From positions 17,947-81,946 of the forward strand of contig CAMCVN010000002.1 in NCBI GenBank assembly GCA_945881845.1: DNA of 64,000 bases, written 5' to 3'. This stretch comes from Bifidobacterium breve (GTDB lineage Bacteria; Actinomycetota; Thermoleophilia; Solirubrobacterales; Solirubrobacteraceae). The position numbers were made by a program, and so were the translations under genes. The notes beneath the pieces were generated by a model, which saw only the letters and a program-made list of their open reading frames with translations, did not search any database and was not told the DNA's origin. How positions within the stretch are numbered: the first letter of the stretch is position 1; every line of letters begins with the position of its first letter. Positions 36,934-47,625 of this stretch are shown here, piece by piece.

Positions 36934-37377
36934 GTGGGCGTGTCCCGACGCCAGACCGACGAGGCCGTCGCCGAAGCAGTCCCGCTCTCTGCGGCGCGCG
37001 CCGCTGTGGCCGCTGGTGGCGGTCCGGGGACTACCGATCCGCTCGTCGGCGAGCTGCGCCGTGCCGGCCTGCTGCCGCTGCTGGTGCTGCATCTTCTGTC
37101 CGCTGGGCCGTCATACGGCAACGCGTTGATTGAGGGGATCAGCATCTCGACCGGGGGTTTGATCAGCGTCAATCCGAACACTATGTACCCGCTACTTCGC
37201 TCACTTGAGGAGAACGAGTTTGTGACCGGCGAGTGGGAACACCCGGAGCGCCGCTCACGCCGCTTCTATGCGATTACCGAGCAAGGTGAGGTCGAGCGCC
37301 AACGGCTTGCCGCTGAGATCAAGCCGCGGCTCGAGCAGGTCGCGTCGGCTCTCGAACTGCTGCGCCGCGTGCTCTAG
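36934..37377 (+). CDS. PadR-family transcriptional regulator
   Basis: LLPLLVLHLLSAGPSYGNALIEGI ... MYPLLRSLEENEFVTGEWE ... RRFYAITEQG. The start could be a downstream GTG (36940). Confidence 0.85.
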   Translation: MGVSRRQTDEAVAEAVPLSAARAAVAAGGGPGTTDPLVGELRRAGLLPLLVLHLLSAGPSYGNALIEGISISTGGLISVNPNTMYPLLRSLEENEFVTGEWEHPERRSRRFYAITEQGEVERQRLAAEIKPRLEQVASALELLRRVL

Positions 37378-37832
37378 TGAGCGCCGCGCGGGCGCGGACA
37401 AAGGTTGACGGCGTCTCGATCGCCGAGGCCGAGCGGCTGTGGTACGACCGTGACTCCTGGCCGCTCTTTATCGATGGCTTTCACGCCATAGTCAGCGTCG
37501 CCGGTGAATCGCCCCTAGTTGGTTCGATCGTTCTCTGGCAGTCCACGCCGGCCGGGCGCGGCGAGGTGCGCGAGACGGTGATCGATTACGAGCCCGGAGT
37601 CGGGCAAGCGCTCGAGGTTGAAGACCGCGCGATCTCTGGCCGCCAGCGCGTGAGCTTCGTTTCTCGGGACGGCCAGCTGACGGTGACGCTTGAGCTCGAC
37701 TACCGCCTGAAGGGCGCAAATCCGTTTCGCGCCGTCACCGATTGGCTCTTTATTCGCCGCGCCCAGAACGAATCGCTCCAGCGCACGTTGACCGCCTTTC
37801 GGCTCGAACTCGAAGCGCTCGGCGCCGACTGA
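37377..37832 (+). CDS. SRPBCC (START/polyketide-cyclase-like) superfamily protein
   Basis: GTG overlaps the padR stop. About 150 aa. WYDRDSWPLFIDGF ... VTLELDY pattern. Weak by-eye assignment. Confidence 0.45.
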   Translation: MSAARARTKVDGVSIAEAERLWYDRDSWPLFIDGFHAIVSVAGESPLVGSIVLWQSTPAGRGEVRETVIDYEPGVGQALEVEDRAISGRQRVSFVSRDGQLTVTLELDYRLKGANPFRAVTDWLFIRRAQNESLQRTLTAFRLELEALGAD

Positions 37833-37841
37833 AAAGCCCGC

Positions 37842-38606
37842 TCAGCGCGCGGTCGCGGCGCGCGCCCGTAGCGCGGCCTCGAGTTGCAGCAGGCTCGCTT
37901 CGAGCGCGGCGATCTGTTCCGCGCTCAGCCCCCCGATCAGCGCCGTCTGCGCCGCATCGGCGGTCTTTTCGGCGGCGCTCGCAAGTAGTTCGATCCGTTC
38001 GTCAAGGTCGCCCTGTCCGGCCCAGCTGGCCAGCTCGGCGATCGCAGCGCGCAGCGCGCAGTCAAGCTGAAAGGCAGCTTCGCGCCAGCGGCCAGCGTCA
38101 ACGTCGGCTCGCGCTCGCAGCGTCAGTTCCTCGCAGGCCAGAATCACGTCGCGGCCACTGAGCACCGCCGCCAGCCGCTCCTGCGGGCTGAGGACCGCTT
38201 CGCGCCGTCGCCGCCCAACGCCAAGCGTCACTTCAGTCGCCGAGCTCCAGCGGCCGTTGGCGACCTCTTCGCCGCCGCCTACCCCGACCCGAAGCGCAAT
38301 CGCTTGGCTCGGCGCGATGCCATGCGCGGCGGCGTCAGCGGCGACGATCCGCTGCCGCTGCAGAACCGAGTTGAGTACCGCAAGCCCGGCCAACGCCTCG
38401 GCTTCGCAGTCGACCCCGCGCAGCCATGCCGCTGGGTCGCCTTGAATCGGGCGGGCGTCGATCAGCGTCGCGCGGCCGACGGCGACCGCTGCTGCGTCGG
38501 GCTCAGGCGCGGCGGCGCGCGAGCGTCGCTGCAGCCTGCGGCGACGCTCGGCGCCGAGCGTCGCGATCACAAGCACGTGGCTCGGCTCGCCGGCGTGGCC
38601 GCGCAC
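37842..38606 (-). CDS. Hypothetical protein (254 aa, Ala/Arg/Leu-rich, helical C-terminal half)
   Basis: Longest frame in the region. The overlapping plus-strand ORFs are Arg/Ser-rich junk. No family recognised. Confidence 0.45.
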   Translation of the reverse strand: MRGHAGEPSHVLVIATLGAERRRRLQRRSRAAAPEPDAAAVAVGRATLIDARPIQGDPAAWLRGVDCEAEALAGLAVLNSVLQRQRIVAADAAAHGIAPSQAIALRVGVGGGEEVANGRWSSATEVTLGVGRRRREAVLSPQERLAAVLSGRDVILACEELTLRARADVDAGRWREAAFQLDCALRAAIAELASWAGQGDLDERIELLASAAEKTADAAQTALIGGLSAEQIAALEASLLQLEAALRARAATAR

Positions 38607-38773
38607 GATGTAGCGGCCGTCGGCTGGGCCAAGCGGCCAAGGCGCTTCGACTTGAACAAAACGGAAGTTAAGTGGTTCGGGCAGGGGCTAGCGAAGCTAC
38701 CACCACGCGGCGCGTCGCAACAGGCAGCACCCCAGTACCGTGAAGGTATAAGCGAGCACGTTTGGAGACCGAC

Positions 38774-39166
38774 ATGACCGACGAAACTGCCGATGGACTG
38801 AAAGACCGCTTCACCCGCGGGAGTGAGGACGCAATTGGACGCCTCGCTCAGGAACTGCTTGAGAACCCGCTCGTCAGCAGCGCGATCGGGCGTGCCTTCG
38901 AGGCGCGCGAGCGCGCAACTCAGGCCCAAGAGGTGGCGATGGGCGCGCTCAATTTGCCGTCGGCGGCCGACCTTGAGCGGCTGACGCGCCGCGTGCGCTC
39001 TGTCGCGCAACGGCTCGAAGGGATCGAGGATTCGGTCGATCGGCTCGATGAGCGTTTCGACAAGAACGCTCAGATCTCGCTCGACGAGCGGCTCATAGCG
39101 ATCGGCGAGCGGCTCGCCGCAATCGAGTTGCTGCTGGTTGCCGGCGACAGCTCGAAGGCGAGCTAG
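38774..39166 (+). CDS. Phasin-motif (PHA-granule-associated-like) coiled-coil protein
   Basis: ORF 38762-39166 trimmed to ATG 38774 (GGAG upstream). LNLPSAADLERLTRRVRSVAQRLEGIEDSVDRLDERF. Confidence 0.5.
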   Translation: MTDETADGLKDRFTRGSEDAIGRLAQELLENPLVSSAIGRAFEARERATQAQEVAMGALNLPSAADLERLTRRVRSVAQRLEGIEDSVDRLDERFDKNAQISLDERLIAIGERLAAIELLLVAGDSSKAS

Positions 39167-39858
39167 GCGCTCGCCAGCAGTGCGGCGAGGCCGTCGCGGC
39201 CAAGGCGCTCAGTGGCTCGCTCCAGCGCCACTCCCTCAAGCCGCGCTCCGGCGCCGGCCGAGGCGTCGCTGACGATCAGTAGAACGGCGAAGCGGATCGA
39301 TCTGAGCTGGGCGACGGCAAGCAGTGCGGCGGCCTCCATCTCAACGGCGATAGCTCCCGACGCCTTCCAACGCTCGACCCGTTCGCTGCCGCGTTCGTAG
39401 AAGAGGTCGGCGCTAACGACGGGGCCGGAGTGGTCGGCGGAAGCGGCCAGTAGCGCTGTCATCTGCTGGTCGGGGATCAGTGGCGCCTCGCCGATCAAGG
39501 CCTTGCTCGTGCCGTCGGCGCCGATCAGATCATCGGCGCAGATCAGTTGCCCAAGCTCCAGCGAATCGCTCAGCGCACCGCACGAACCGATCCGAATCGC
39601 CCGCTCTAAGCCAAGGTCGCAGAGCTCCTCGAGCACGATCGCCGCGCTCGGCCCGCCGATCCCATGGCTCATGATCGTCAGCGGCTCGCCATCTTCCGCC
39701 TCGCCGCTGTAGCCCCAAAGCCCGCGATTGTGGTTGAACATCTTCGGTTCGCTGATCAGGAGTTGGGCCAGCGTTAAGGCGCGCCCAGGGTCGCCGGTCA
39801 CCAGCGCGCGCGGCGCCAGCGGGGCGGTCGGGTGTACGTGGCGCGGCTGAGCAGACAT
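39163..39858 (-). CDS. Nucleoside phosphorylase (PNP/UDP family 1)
   Basis: LVTGDPGRALTLAQLL ... NHNRGLWGYSGE ... SHGIGGPSAAIVLEEL ... RIGSCGAL ... EMEAAAL. ATG 39858 preferred over TTG 39891. Confidence 0.65.
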   Translation of the reverse strand: MSAQPRHVHPTAPLAPRALVTGDPGRALTLAQLLISEPKMFNHNRGLWGYSGEAEDGEPLTIMSHGIGGPSAAIVLEELCDLGLERAIRIGSCGALSDSLELGQLICADDLIGADGTSKALIGEAPLIPDQQMTALLAASADHSGPVVSADLFYERGSERVERWKASGAIAVEMEAAALLAVAQLRSIRFAVLLIVSDASAGAGARLEGVALERATERLGRDGLAALLASA

Positions 39859-39871
39859 AGCCGGGCGAGAG

Positions 39872-39877
39872 TATTGT
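39872..39877 (+). promoter_or_regulatory. -10-like hexamer TATTGT placed 6 nt before ATG 39884; candidate leaderless transcript
   Basis: Read directly: gTATTGTgaagctATG. No Shine-Dalgarno is possible in this spacing. Confidence 0.3.
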
Positions 39878-39883
39878 GAAGCT

Positions 39884-40282
39884 ATGGCCAAAGATCAAAA
39901 GAAGTCATCGAAGAGCAAGAGCAAGAAGCGCAGCTCACGCGGAGATCAGGTTCGCTCCGCCGTTGATCAGGCGTTTCAGACCGCCGGGGCGCAGTTGCGA
40001 CCGGACCGCGCCGCCGACATCGCCGATGAGCTCGCCGCTGCCGCGCAGCGAGTGCGAGATGTAGTCGAGGACGCGCTGCCACCAACGACCGAGGATCTGA
40101 AGCGGCTTGAAGAGCGGCTCGCCGTGATCGAGCGACGGATCGGCGCACTGGAGCGCGCCACTCCGGCCGCAACCCGCCGCGCGGCGGCGAAGAAGCCAGT
40201 CGCAGCTCCGCGCAAGAAGGCAGCTCCGCGCAAGAAAGCCGCTCCGCGCAAGAAAGCCGCGCCACGCAAGTCAGCGAGCTGA
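39884..40282 (+). CDS. Basic protein with phasin-like helix and histone-H1-like C-terminal KKAAPR repeats (PhaF-like architecture)
   Basis: KKSSKSKSKKRSS N-terminus. ALPPTTEDLKRLEERLAVIERRIGALE. C-terminus AAKKPVAAPRKKAAPRKKAAPRKKAAPRKSAS. Confidence 0.7.
   Translation: MAKDQKKSSKSKSKKRSSRGDQVRSAVDQAFQTAGAQLRPDRAADIADELAAAAQRVRDVVEDALPPTTEDLKRLEERLAVIERRIGALERATPAATRRAAAKKPVAAPRKKAAPRKKAAPRKKAAPRKSAS
40202..40273 (+). repeat. Four tandem 18-bp units (gcagctccgcgcaagaag and variants) encoding the AAPRKK repeats
   Basis: Read directly. Units start at 40202, 40220, 40238 and 40256 (the last is degenerate). Confidence 0.9.
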
Positions 40283-40707
40283 TGCAGGTTCAGTTCGACT
40301 CAACTGAGCAATTTCGAACGGTCATCGACTGCGTGATGAGGCTGATGAGCGAAGACCCCGATATGGGGCCGAAGCTCCGCGACGCCGACGTGCCCCAGCG
40401 CTTTGAGTTCGATGACATGGACCTAGTAGTCAACGCCCGAGCAGCGCGCGAAGGTGAGCAAGGCAACCTCTACTGGGAGTGGACCGACGATGTCGACTGG
40501 GAGCCGAAGGTCAAGCTGACAATGAGCTCCGAGGTGGCCAATCGCTACTTCCAAGGCAAAGAGAACGTCCCGGTGGCGATTGCACGCAGGCGGATCAAGG
40601 CAGGCGGCGATGTTAAGTCGGCGCTCGCTCTGATCCCAATCACAAAGCCGGTCTACGGGCTCTACCGCTCGATGCTCGAAGCCGACTACCCGCAACTCGT
40701 CGTCTAA
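40282..40707 (+). CDS. SCP2 (sterol-carrier-protein-2-like) lipid-binding domain protein
   Basis: ATG overlaps the previous stop (TGATG). KVKLTMSSEVANRYFQGKENVPVAIARRRIKAGGDVKSALALIP fits the SCP2 C-terminal pattern. Confidence 0.55.
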   Translation: MQVQFDSTEQFRTVIDCVMRLMSEDPDMGPKLRDADVPQRFEFDDMDLVVNARAAREGEQGNLYWEWTDDVDWEPKVKLTMSSEVANRYFQGKENVPVAIARRRIKAGGDVKSALALIPITKPVYGLYRSMLEADYPQLVV

Positions 40708-40722
40708 TCGGGTGCTCGCGCG

Positions 40723-41949
40723 ATGGACGACAACGACGACCTAGCCGCCGATCGCCAGCAGCGGGCCAGCGAGAAGCTGCCCGCCGCCGAGGCCGCTGAT
40801 CGGGCCGGTGTCTCGCTCTCGACGCTGCGCCGCTGGGCCGCGCTCGGGCTCTTCCCAAAGCACGACGTCAGCAGCGGCTGGGGGCCGAGCGCGATTGCGC
40901 AGGCTCGCTCGCTGGTCAAGCTGCGCGACCGCGGATACTCGATCGAACAGCTCCAAGAGGCGATCGATCAAGGCCGGATTGTTGGCTACGCCGATGAGCT
41001 CGTCGGCGAGATGGTTGGCGAGCGTTTCACGCTCAAAGAGGTAGCCAAGCAGACTGGGCTAAAGGCGGAGGTGATCGAAGAGCTGATCGCCGCGATCGGC
41101 CTCCCGTCGGGCGCCGTCGACGATCTTGGGGCAGAGGACGTCGAGATGTTCAGGCATTTCGCGACCGCCGTCGACTCCGGATTCCCGCGCGACGCGTTGC
41201 TGCAGACGGTCCGCGTCTACGGGCAGGCAGTATCGAAGATCGCCGATGCCGAGGTTCGTCTAGTCCATCTCCATGTTCACGAGCCGTTGCTGCGCAAGGG
41301 GGTTTCGAGCGAGCGGATCGCGGAGCAGATGGACGGGATCACAGAAGAGCTGCTGCCGCTCTTCTCGCCGGTGATAGACCATCTCCACCGCCGCTTCCTC
41401 AACCACTTCGTCGAGCAAGACATCGTCGGTCACATGGAAGATGAGCCGGGCGGCGGCCCAGTCGGACAGGTTCGTGTAGCAATCGCCTTCGCCGACCTCG
41501 CCGGCTATACGCAGCTGACTGAGGAGGTCGGCGACGAGGAGGCGGCGGGAATCGTCGAGCGCTTCGTCGCCAACGTCAACCAGTCGCTGCCCGATGAGGC
41601 GCGGATTCTAAAGACGATTGGCGACGAGGTGATGATCGTCTCCTCCGACGCTGGCTCACTGATCGACTGGGCGGTTGGCTTCCAAATACTCAACACCGAG
41701 CGGCCGCTGCCACGGATCGGGATCCACTGCGGCAACGTCGTCTTCCGCGATGGCGATTACTTCGGCCGCGAGGTCAACCTTTCGGCCCGCGTTGCCGCTC
41801 GCGCAGCGGCAGGCGAGGTGCTCGTGACCTGGCCGGTTGTTGAGATGGCCGGCAAACATCTCGAGTTTGAGCGGATCGGCGAAGTTCAACTTAAGGGCTT
41901 CAGCCACGCCACCGAGCTCTTCCTCGCCGGTCTCGCTGGTGGTAAGTGA
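40723..41949 (+). CDS. MerR-type HTH fused to class III adenylate/guanylate cyclase domain
   Basis: HTH AAEAADRAGVSLSTLRRWAALGLF. Cyclase VAIAFADLAGYT, KTIGDEVMIV, RIGIHCGNVV, GREVNLSARV, QLKGF. Confidence 0.8.
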   Translation: MDDNDDLAADRQQRASEKLPAAEAADRAGVSLSTLRRWAALGLFPKHDVSSGWGPSAIAQARSLVKLRDRGYSIEQLQEAIDQGRIVGYADELVGEMVGERFTLKEVAKQTGLKAEVIEELIAAIGLPSGAVDDLGAEDVEMFRHFATAVDSGFPRDALLQTVRVYGQAVSKIADAEVRLVHLHVHEPLLRKGVSSERIAEQMDGITEELLPLFSPVIDHLHRRFLNHFVEQDIVGHMEDEPGGGPVGQVRVAIAFADLAGYTQLTEEVGDEEAAGIVERFVANVNQSLPDEARILKTIGDEVMIVSSDAGSLIDWAVGFQILNTERPLPRIGIHCGNVVFRDGDYFGREVNLSARVAARAAAGEVLVTWPVVEMAGKHLEFERIGEVQLKGFSHATELFLAGLAGGK

Positions 41950-42926
41950 TGTCACACTCATCTAGCGAAGAGCTGCTTGAGCGGGTCCGCGGCGGTGGTC
42001 TGCTCGAAGCCGGCCAGCGCGTTGTTGTCTGTCTCTCCGGCGGGCGCGATTCGGTCTGCCTGCTCGACGTCGCAGTTGAACTCTGCGGCCAGGGCAACGT
42101 CAGTGCGCTGCACGTCAACTACGGGCTGCGCGATCAGGCCGGCGATGACGAACAGCTCTGTCGCGATCTCTGTCAGCAGCTCGGCGTCGGCCTTACGGTT
42201 GAGGCCGCGAGCGCCCCGCGCGAAGGCAACGTTCAGGCTTGGGCGCGCGACGTCCGCTACGCCGTCGGCGCGCAGCTCGCCAGCGGCGAGGGCGCCCAAC
42301 TCGCCGCAGGCCACACCGCCAGTGATCAAGTTGAGACCGTGCTCTACCGCCTCGCCGCCTCGCCCGGCCGCCGCTCACTTGTTGGCATGCCCGATCAGCG
42401 CGGGCTGCTGATCCGGCCGTTGCTGCGCGCCCGCTTCACGCGCGATGAGACCGCCGATTGGTGCCGCGCGCGCGGCCTGCAGTGGTGCGAGGACGCCAGT
42501 AACGAGACTGACAAGTACGCCCGCGGCCGAATCCGTGGCCAAGTGCTGCCGGCGCTGCGCAGCGTTCATCCTGCGACCGATGCGAACATTCTGCAAAGCG
42601 CCGAACTGCTGCGGGATGAGGCCGAGGTCTTGGAGATCGTTGTCGACACGGCGCTTGCCGGAAAGAGCGAGATTTCGACCGAGCATCTCGCTGCGCTGCC
42701 GCCAGCACTGGCACGGCTGGTCGTGCGGCGCCTTGCCGAAGATGCGACCGGTTCGCTCTGCCCGCAGGCCGCAGCGCGGATCGGTGAGCTGATTGATCTT
42801 GGCGCCGCTGGCAGCGGCTCGGCGGCGCTCGACGTGGGTAGCGGCGCACGCGCAGTTATCAAGAACGGAACGCTCAGCTTTGAACTCTCGCCGCAGCGGG
42901 CGGCTCGCAGGCCGGTCGAAGGGTAA
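41949..42926 (+). CDS. tilS: tRNA(Ile)-lysidine synthase
   Basis: PP-loop VVCLSGGRDSVCLL. Followed by hpt and ftsH, as in other Actinobacteria. Confidence 0.85.
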   Translation: MSHSSSEELLERVRGGGLLEAGQRVVVCLSGGRDSVCLLDVAVELCGQGNVSALHVNYGLRDQAGDDEQLCRDLCQQLGVGLTVEAASAPREGNVQAWARDVRYAVGAQLASGEGAQLAAGHTASDQVETVLYRLAASPGRRSLVGMPDQRGLLIRPLLRARFTRDETADWCRARGLQWCEDASNETDKYARGRIRGQVLPALRSVHPATDANILQSAELLRDEAEVLEIVVDTALAGKSEISTEHLAALPPALARLVVRRLAEDATGSLCPQAAARIGELIDLGAAGSGSAALDVGSGARAVIKNGTLSFELSPQRAARRPVEG

Positions 42927-42937
42927 CCTCCCGCGCG

Positions 42938-43483
42938 ATGAGTGACGACCCGCCGATCGGTGAAATTCTCGTTCAGCCCGACCAGCTGAAGGAGCGAGTG
43001 CGCTCGCTCGGCGCAGAGATCAGCGCCGACTACGAAGGGCGCGACCTGCTGCTGGTCGGCGTGCTGAAGGGAGCCACCTTCTTTCTTGCCGACCTAATGC
43101 GCAACATCACGGCGCCGTGCGAGCTCGACTTCATGGCGCTCGCCTCCTACGGCTCACAGACCGACTCCAGCGGCGTAGTTCGGATTCTGAAGGATCTTGA
43201 CGCGCCGATCGAAGGCCGCGACGTGCTGATCGTCGAGGACATCGTCGATTCCGGCTTGACGCTGCAGTACCTGCTGCGTAACTTGGGCGCCCGCGACCCG
43301 GCATCGCTTGAGGTTTGCTCGCTGCTGACGAAGCCTGAGCGGCGCAAGGCCGACGTCCCGATCAAGTACGTCGGCTTTGAGATTCCCAACCGCTTCGCGA
43401 TCGGTTACGGGCTCGATCACGCTGAGCGCTGGCGCAACCTGCCGTATGTTGCCTCGCTGCTGCGCCCAGAGAGCGGTTCCTAG
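42938..43483 (+). CDS. hpt: Hypoxanthine phosphoribosyltransferase
   Basis: LLLVGVLKGATFFLADL and PRPP motif VLIVEDIVDSGLTL. Confidence 0.9.
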   Translation: MSDDPPIGEILVQPDQLKERVRSLGAEISADYEGRDLLLVGVLKGATFFLADLMRNITAPCELDFMALASYGSQTDSSGVVRILKDLDAPIEGRDVLIVEDIVDSGLTLQYLLRNLGARDPASLEVCSLLTKPERRKADVPIKYVGFEIPNRFAIGYGLDHAERWRNLPYVASLLRPESGS

Positions 43484-43561
43484 GCATATCGCGGCTGTTA
43501 CTCTGAAGGATCTGTCCCATCGACGTAATCCAACAGCTATCCACGTAACGTATCCCACCCA

Positions 43562-45550
<1,989 letters not shown>

Positions 45551-45574
45551 GTCGCCGCGCGCACGGCTATCCGG

Positions 45575-46390
45575 ATGAGCGCCGCTTGGAAGGTGATGGG
45601 CGTCTGCAACGCGACGCCTGACTCGTTCTCCGATGGGGGGATGCTGCCAACGGCTGAGGCCGCGATAGCTCATAGCCTCGAGCTGATTGCTCAGGGCGCG
45701 GCGATCATCGACGTCGGCGGCGAATCAACTCGCCCCGGAGCCGAACCGGTAGATCAAGCTGAGGAGCTGCGGCGCGTGATCCCAGTGATCGAGGGGATCG
45801 CGGCAGCGGCGCCGCAGGTGCAGATCAGCGTCGACACGATGAAGCTTGACGTTGCCAAGGCAGCGCTTGAAGCCGGTGCCAGCTACGTCAACGACGTCAG
45901 CGCCTTTACGCGCGAGCCAGCGATCGCGGAGCTGGTCGCAGAGGCTGGTTGCGACTGTTGCCTGATGCACATGCTCGGTTCGCCGCAGACGATGCAGGAC
46001 GAGCCGCAGTACGACGACGTTGTCGCCGAGGTCTGCGAGTTCCTCAGCGAGCGCGCTGAGCTAGCGCTGGCAGCCGGGATCAAGCGCGAACGAATTGCTG
46101 TCGACCCAGGGATTGGCTTCGGCAAGACGCTCGATCACAACCTCGATCTGCTCGCCAACCTTGGCGCGGTTGCGGCGCTCGGTTTTCCAGTCGTCATCGG
46201 CCTCTCGCGCAAGCGTTTCCTTGGCGAGCTGACCGGCGCCGAGCGGCCAGACCAACGAGTTGCAGCAACTGTCGCGGCCAACGTGCTGGCATTTGAGCGT
46301 GGCGCCAGCGTTTTTCGCGTTCACGACGTGCGAGCAAATGTCGACGGCCTCAAGCTCGCAAGTGCTACGTTGACGCGCGATGGACGCTGA
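45575..46390 (+). CDS. folP: Dihydropteroate synthase
   Basis: VMGVCNATPDSFSDGG, IIDVGGESTRPGA, DPGIGFGK. Confidence 0.9.
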   Translation: MSAAWKVMGVCNATPDSFSDGGMLPTAEAAIAHSLELIAQGAAIIDVGGESTRPGAEPVDQAEELRRVIPVIEGIAAAAPQVQISVDTMKLDVAKAALEAGASYVNDVSAFTREPAIAELVAEAGCDCCLMHMLGSPQTMQDEPQYDDVVAEVCEFLSERAELALAAGIKRERIAVDPGIGFGKTLDHNLDLLANLGAVAALGFPVVIGLSRKRFLGELTGAERPDQRVAATVAANVLAFERGASVFRVHDVRANVDGLKLASATLTRDGR

Positions 46391-46820
46391 CGAAGAGCAC
46401 GAGGAGAACGAGGAGTTCGACGAGGAATTCGGCGAGCGCAGCAGCGAGCTGGCCGCGACCAGCATCGAGATCACCGGCCTCTCTCTTTACACCCACCACG
46501 GCGTCAGCGACGCCGAGCAGGAGATCGGCCAGCGGCTTGTCTTCGATCTTCGCTTCGACGTCGGCGCCTGCGACGCAACCGTCACAGACCGGGTTGAGGA
46601 CACAGTCGACTACGGCCGCGTCTGCGAGTTCGTATCACTCGTCGCCCAGCGCCGCTCCTACCGCACACTCGAGGCGCTCTGCACCGAGGTAGCCAACCAG
46701 CTGCTTGATGAGTTCGACGCGCGCGAGGTTTGGGTCAAGGCGACGAAGCCTGAACCGCCGATTGCGCTCGCAGTTGAGTCGGTCTCGGTTGAGGTCTGGC
46801 ACAGCGCGGCCGGTCGATGA
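46380..46820 (+). CDS. folB: Dihydroneopterin aldolase with acidic ~25-aa N-terminal extension
   Basis: IEITGLSLYTHHGVSDAEQEIGQRLVFDL ... DTVDYGRV. 11-nt overlap with folP. Confidence 0.8.
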   Translation: MDADEEHEENEEFDEEFGERSSELAATSIEITGLSLYTHHGVSDAEQEIGQRLVFDLRFDVGACDATVTDRVEDTVDYGRVCEFVSLVAQRRSYRTLEALCTEVANQLLDEFDAREVWVKATKPEPPIALAVESVSVEVWHSAAGR

Positions 46821-47623
46821 GCACACCGTTTGAACTGGCAACGGCGGTTGAGCCGCTCGGCGGCGGCCGCTTCAGCGCGCTCTGCGACGTTGAGTGGTCG
46901 GCGCCTCGCGGCCCCAACGGCGGGTACCTCGCGGCGATCATGATTCGTGCGATGGCAGCCGAGCTGGGCGACGCCGAGCGCGAAGCGCGCTCAATAACGC
47001 TCCATTACTTGAGCCCCCCGTCCGCTGGCCCGATGCAGATCGAGGTCAAGGTCGAGCGCTCGGGGCGGACGCTCACAACGCTCAGCGCGCGGCTTGAGCA
47101 GGACGGCAAGTGCTGCCTGCTGGCGCTCGGTGCCTTCGCCGGTCAGTTCTCGGACAAGCGTCCGTTTGTCGCCCAGATGCCAAAGGCGCGTGCCGCCGAC
47201 CAGATCGAGCCGATCCCAGTTGTTGAGCAGATGCCGCCGATCGCTCACCAGGTTCAGATGAGGCCAGCACTCGGCGCGTTGCCGTTCAGCGGCTCCGACG
47301 AGGCGATCAGCGGTGGTTGGATGCGGCTAAACGAGCCACAGCAGCTCGACTCGGCGGCGCTTGCGCTCTACTGCGACGCATGGCTGCCGGCCGTCTTCAC
47401 GCGCCTGACCGAGCCGGTCGGTGCGCCAACCGTTGACCTGACGATCCACTTCCGCGATCCGCATGCCGCGCTCGAGATCGACGCTTCGGAATCGGTTCTC
47501 GGTGTCTTCCGCTGCAGCACGGCAATCGAAGGCTTCGTCGAAGAGGACGGCGAGATCTGGTCGGCCGACGGCAGGCTGCTGGCCCACAGCCGACAGCTCG
47601 CGTTGCTCGTCGAACCGAAGTAG
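46817..47623 (+). CDS. Acyl-CoA thioesterase (TesB-like double hot-dog) family protein
   Basis: WSAPRGPNGGYLAAIMIRAM ... VDLTIHFRDP ... ADGRLLAHSRQLALL. 4-nt overlap with folB. Confidence 0.6.
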   Translation: MSTPFELATAVEPLGGGRFSALCDVEWSAPRGPNGGYLAAIMIRAMAAELGDAEREARSITLHYLSPPSAGPMQIEVKVERSGRTLTTLSARLEQDGKCCLLALGAFAGQFSDKRPFVAQMPKARAADQIEPIPVVEQMPPIAHQVQMRPALGALPFSGSDEAISGGWMRLNEPQQLDSAALALYCDAWLPAVFTRLTEPVGAPTVDLTIHFRDPHAALEIDASESVLGVFRCSTAIEGFVEEDGEIWSADGRLLAHSRQLALLVEPK

Positions 47624-47625
47624 CT

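Noticed and set aside
39882-40265. 127-aa minus-strand ORF with SCAE-type repeats
   Set aside because: It is the mirror image of the 18-bp KKAAPR tandem repeat in the plus-strand gene. That gene has a better start context and a coherent domain layout.
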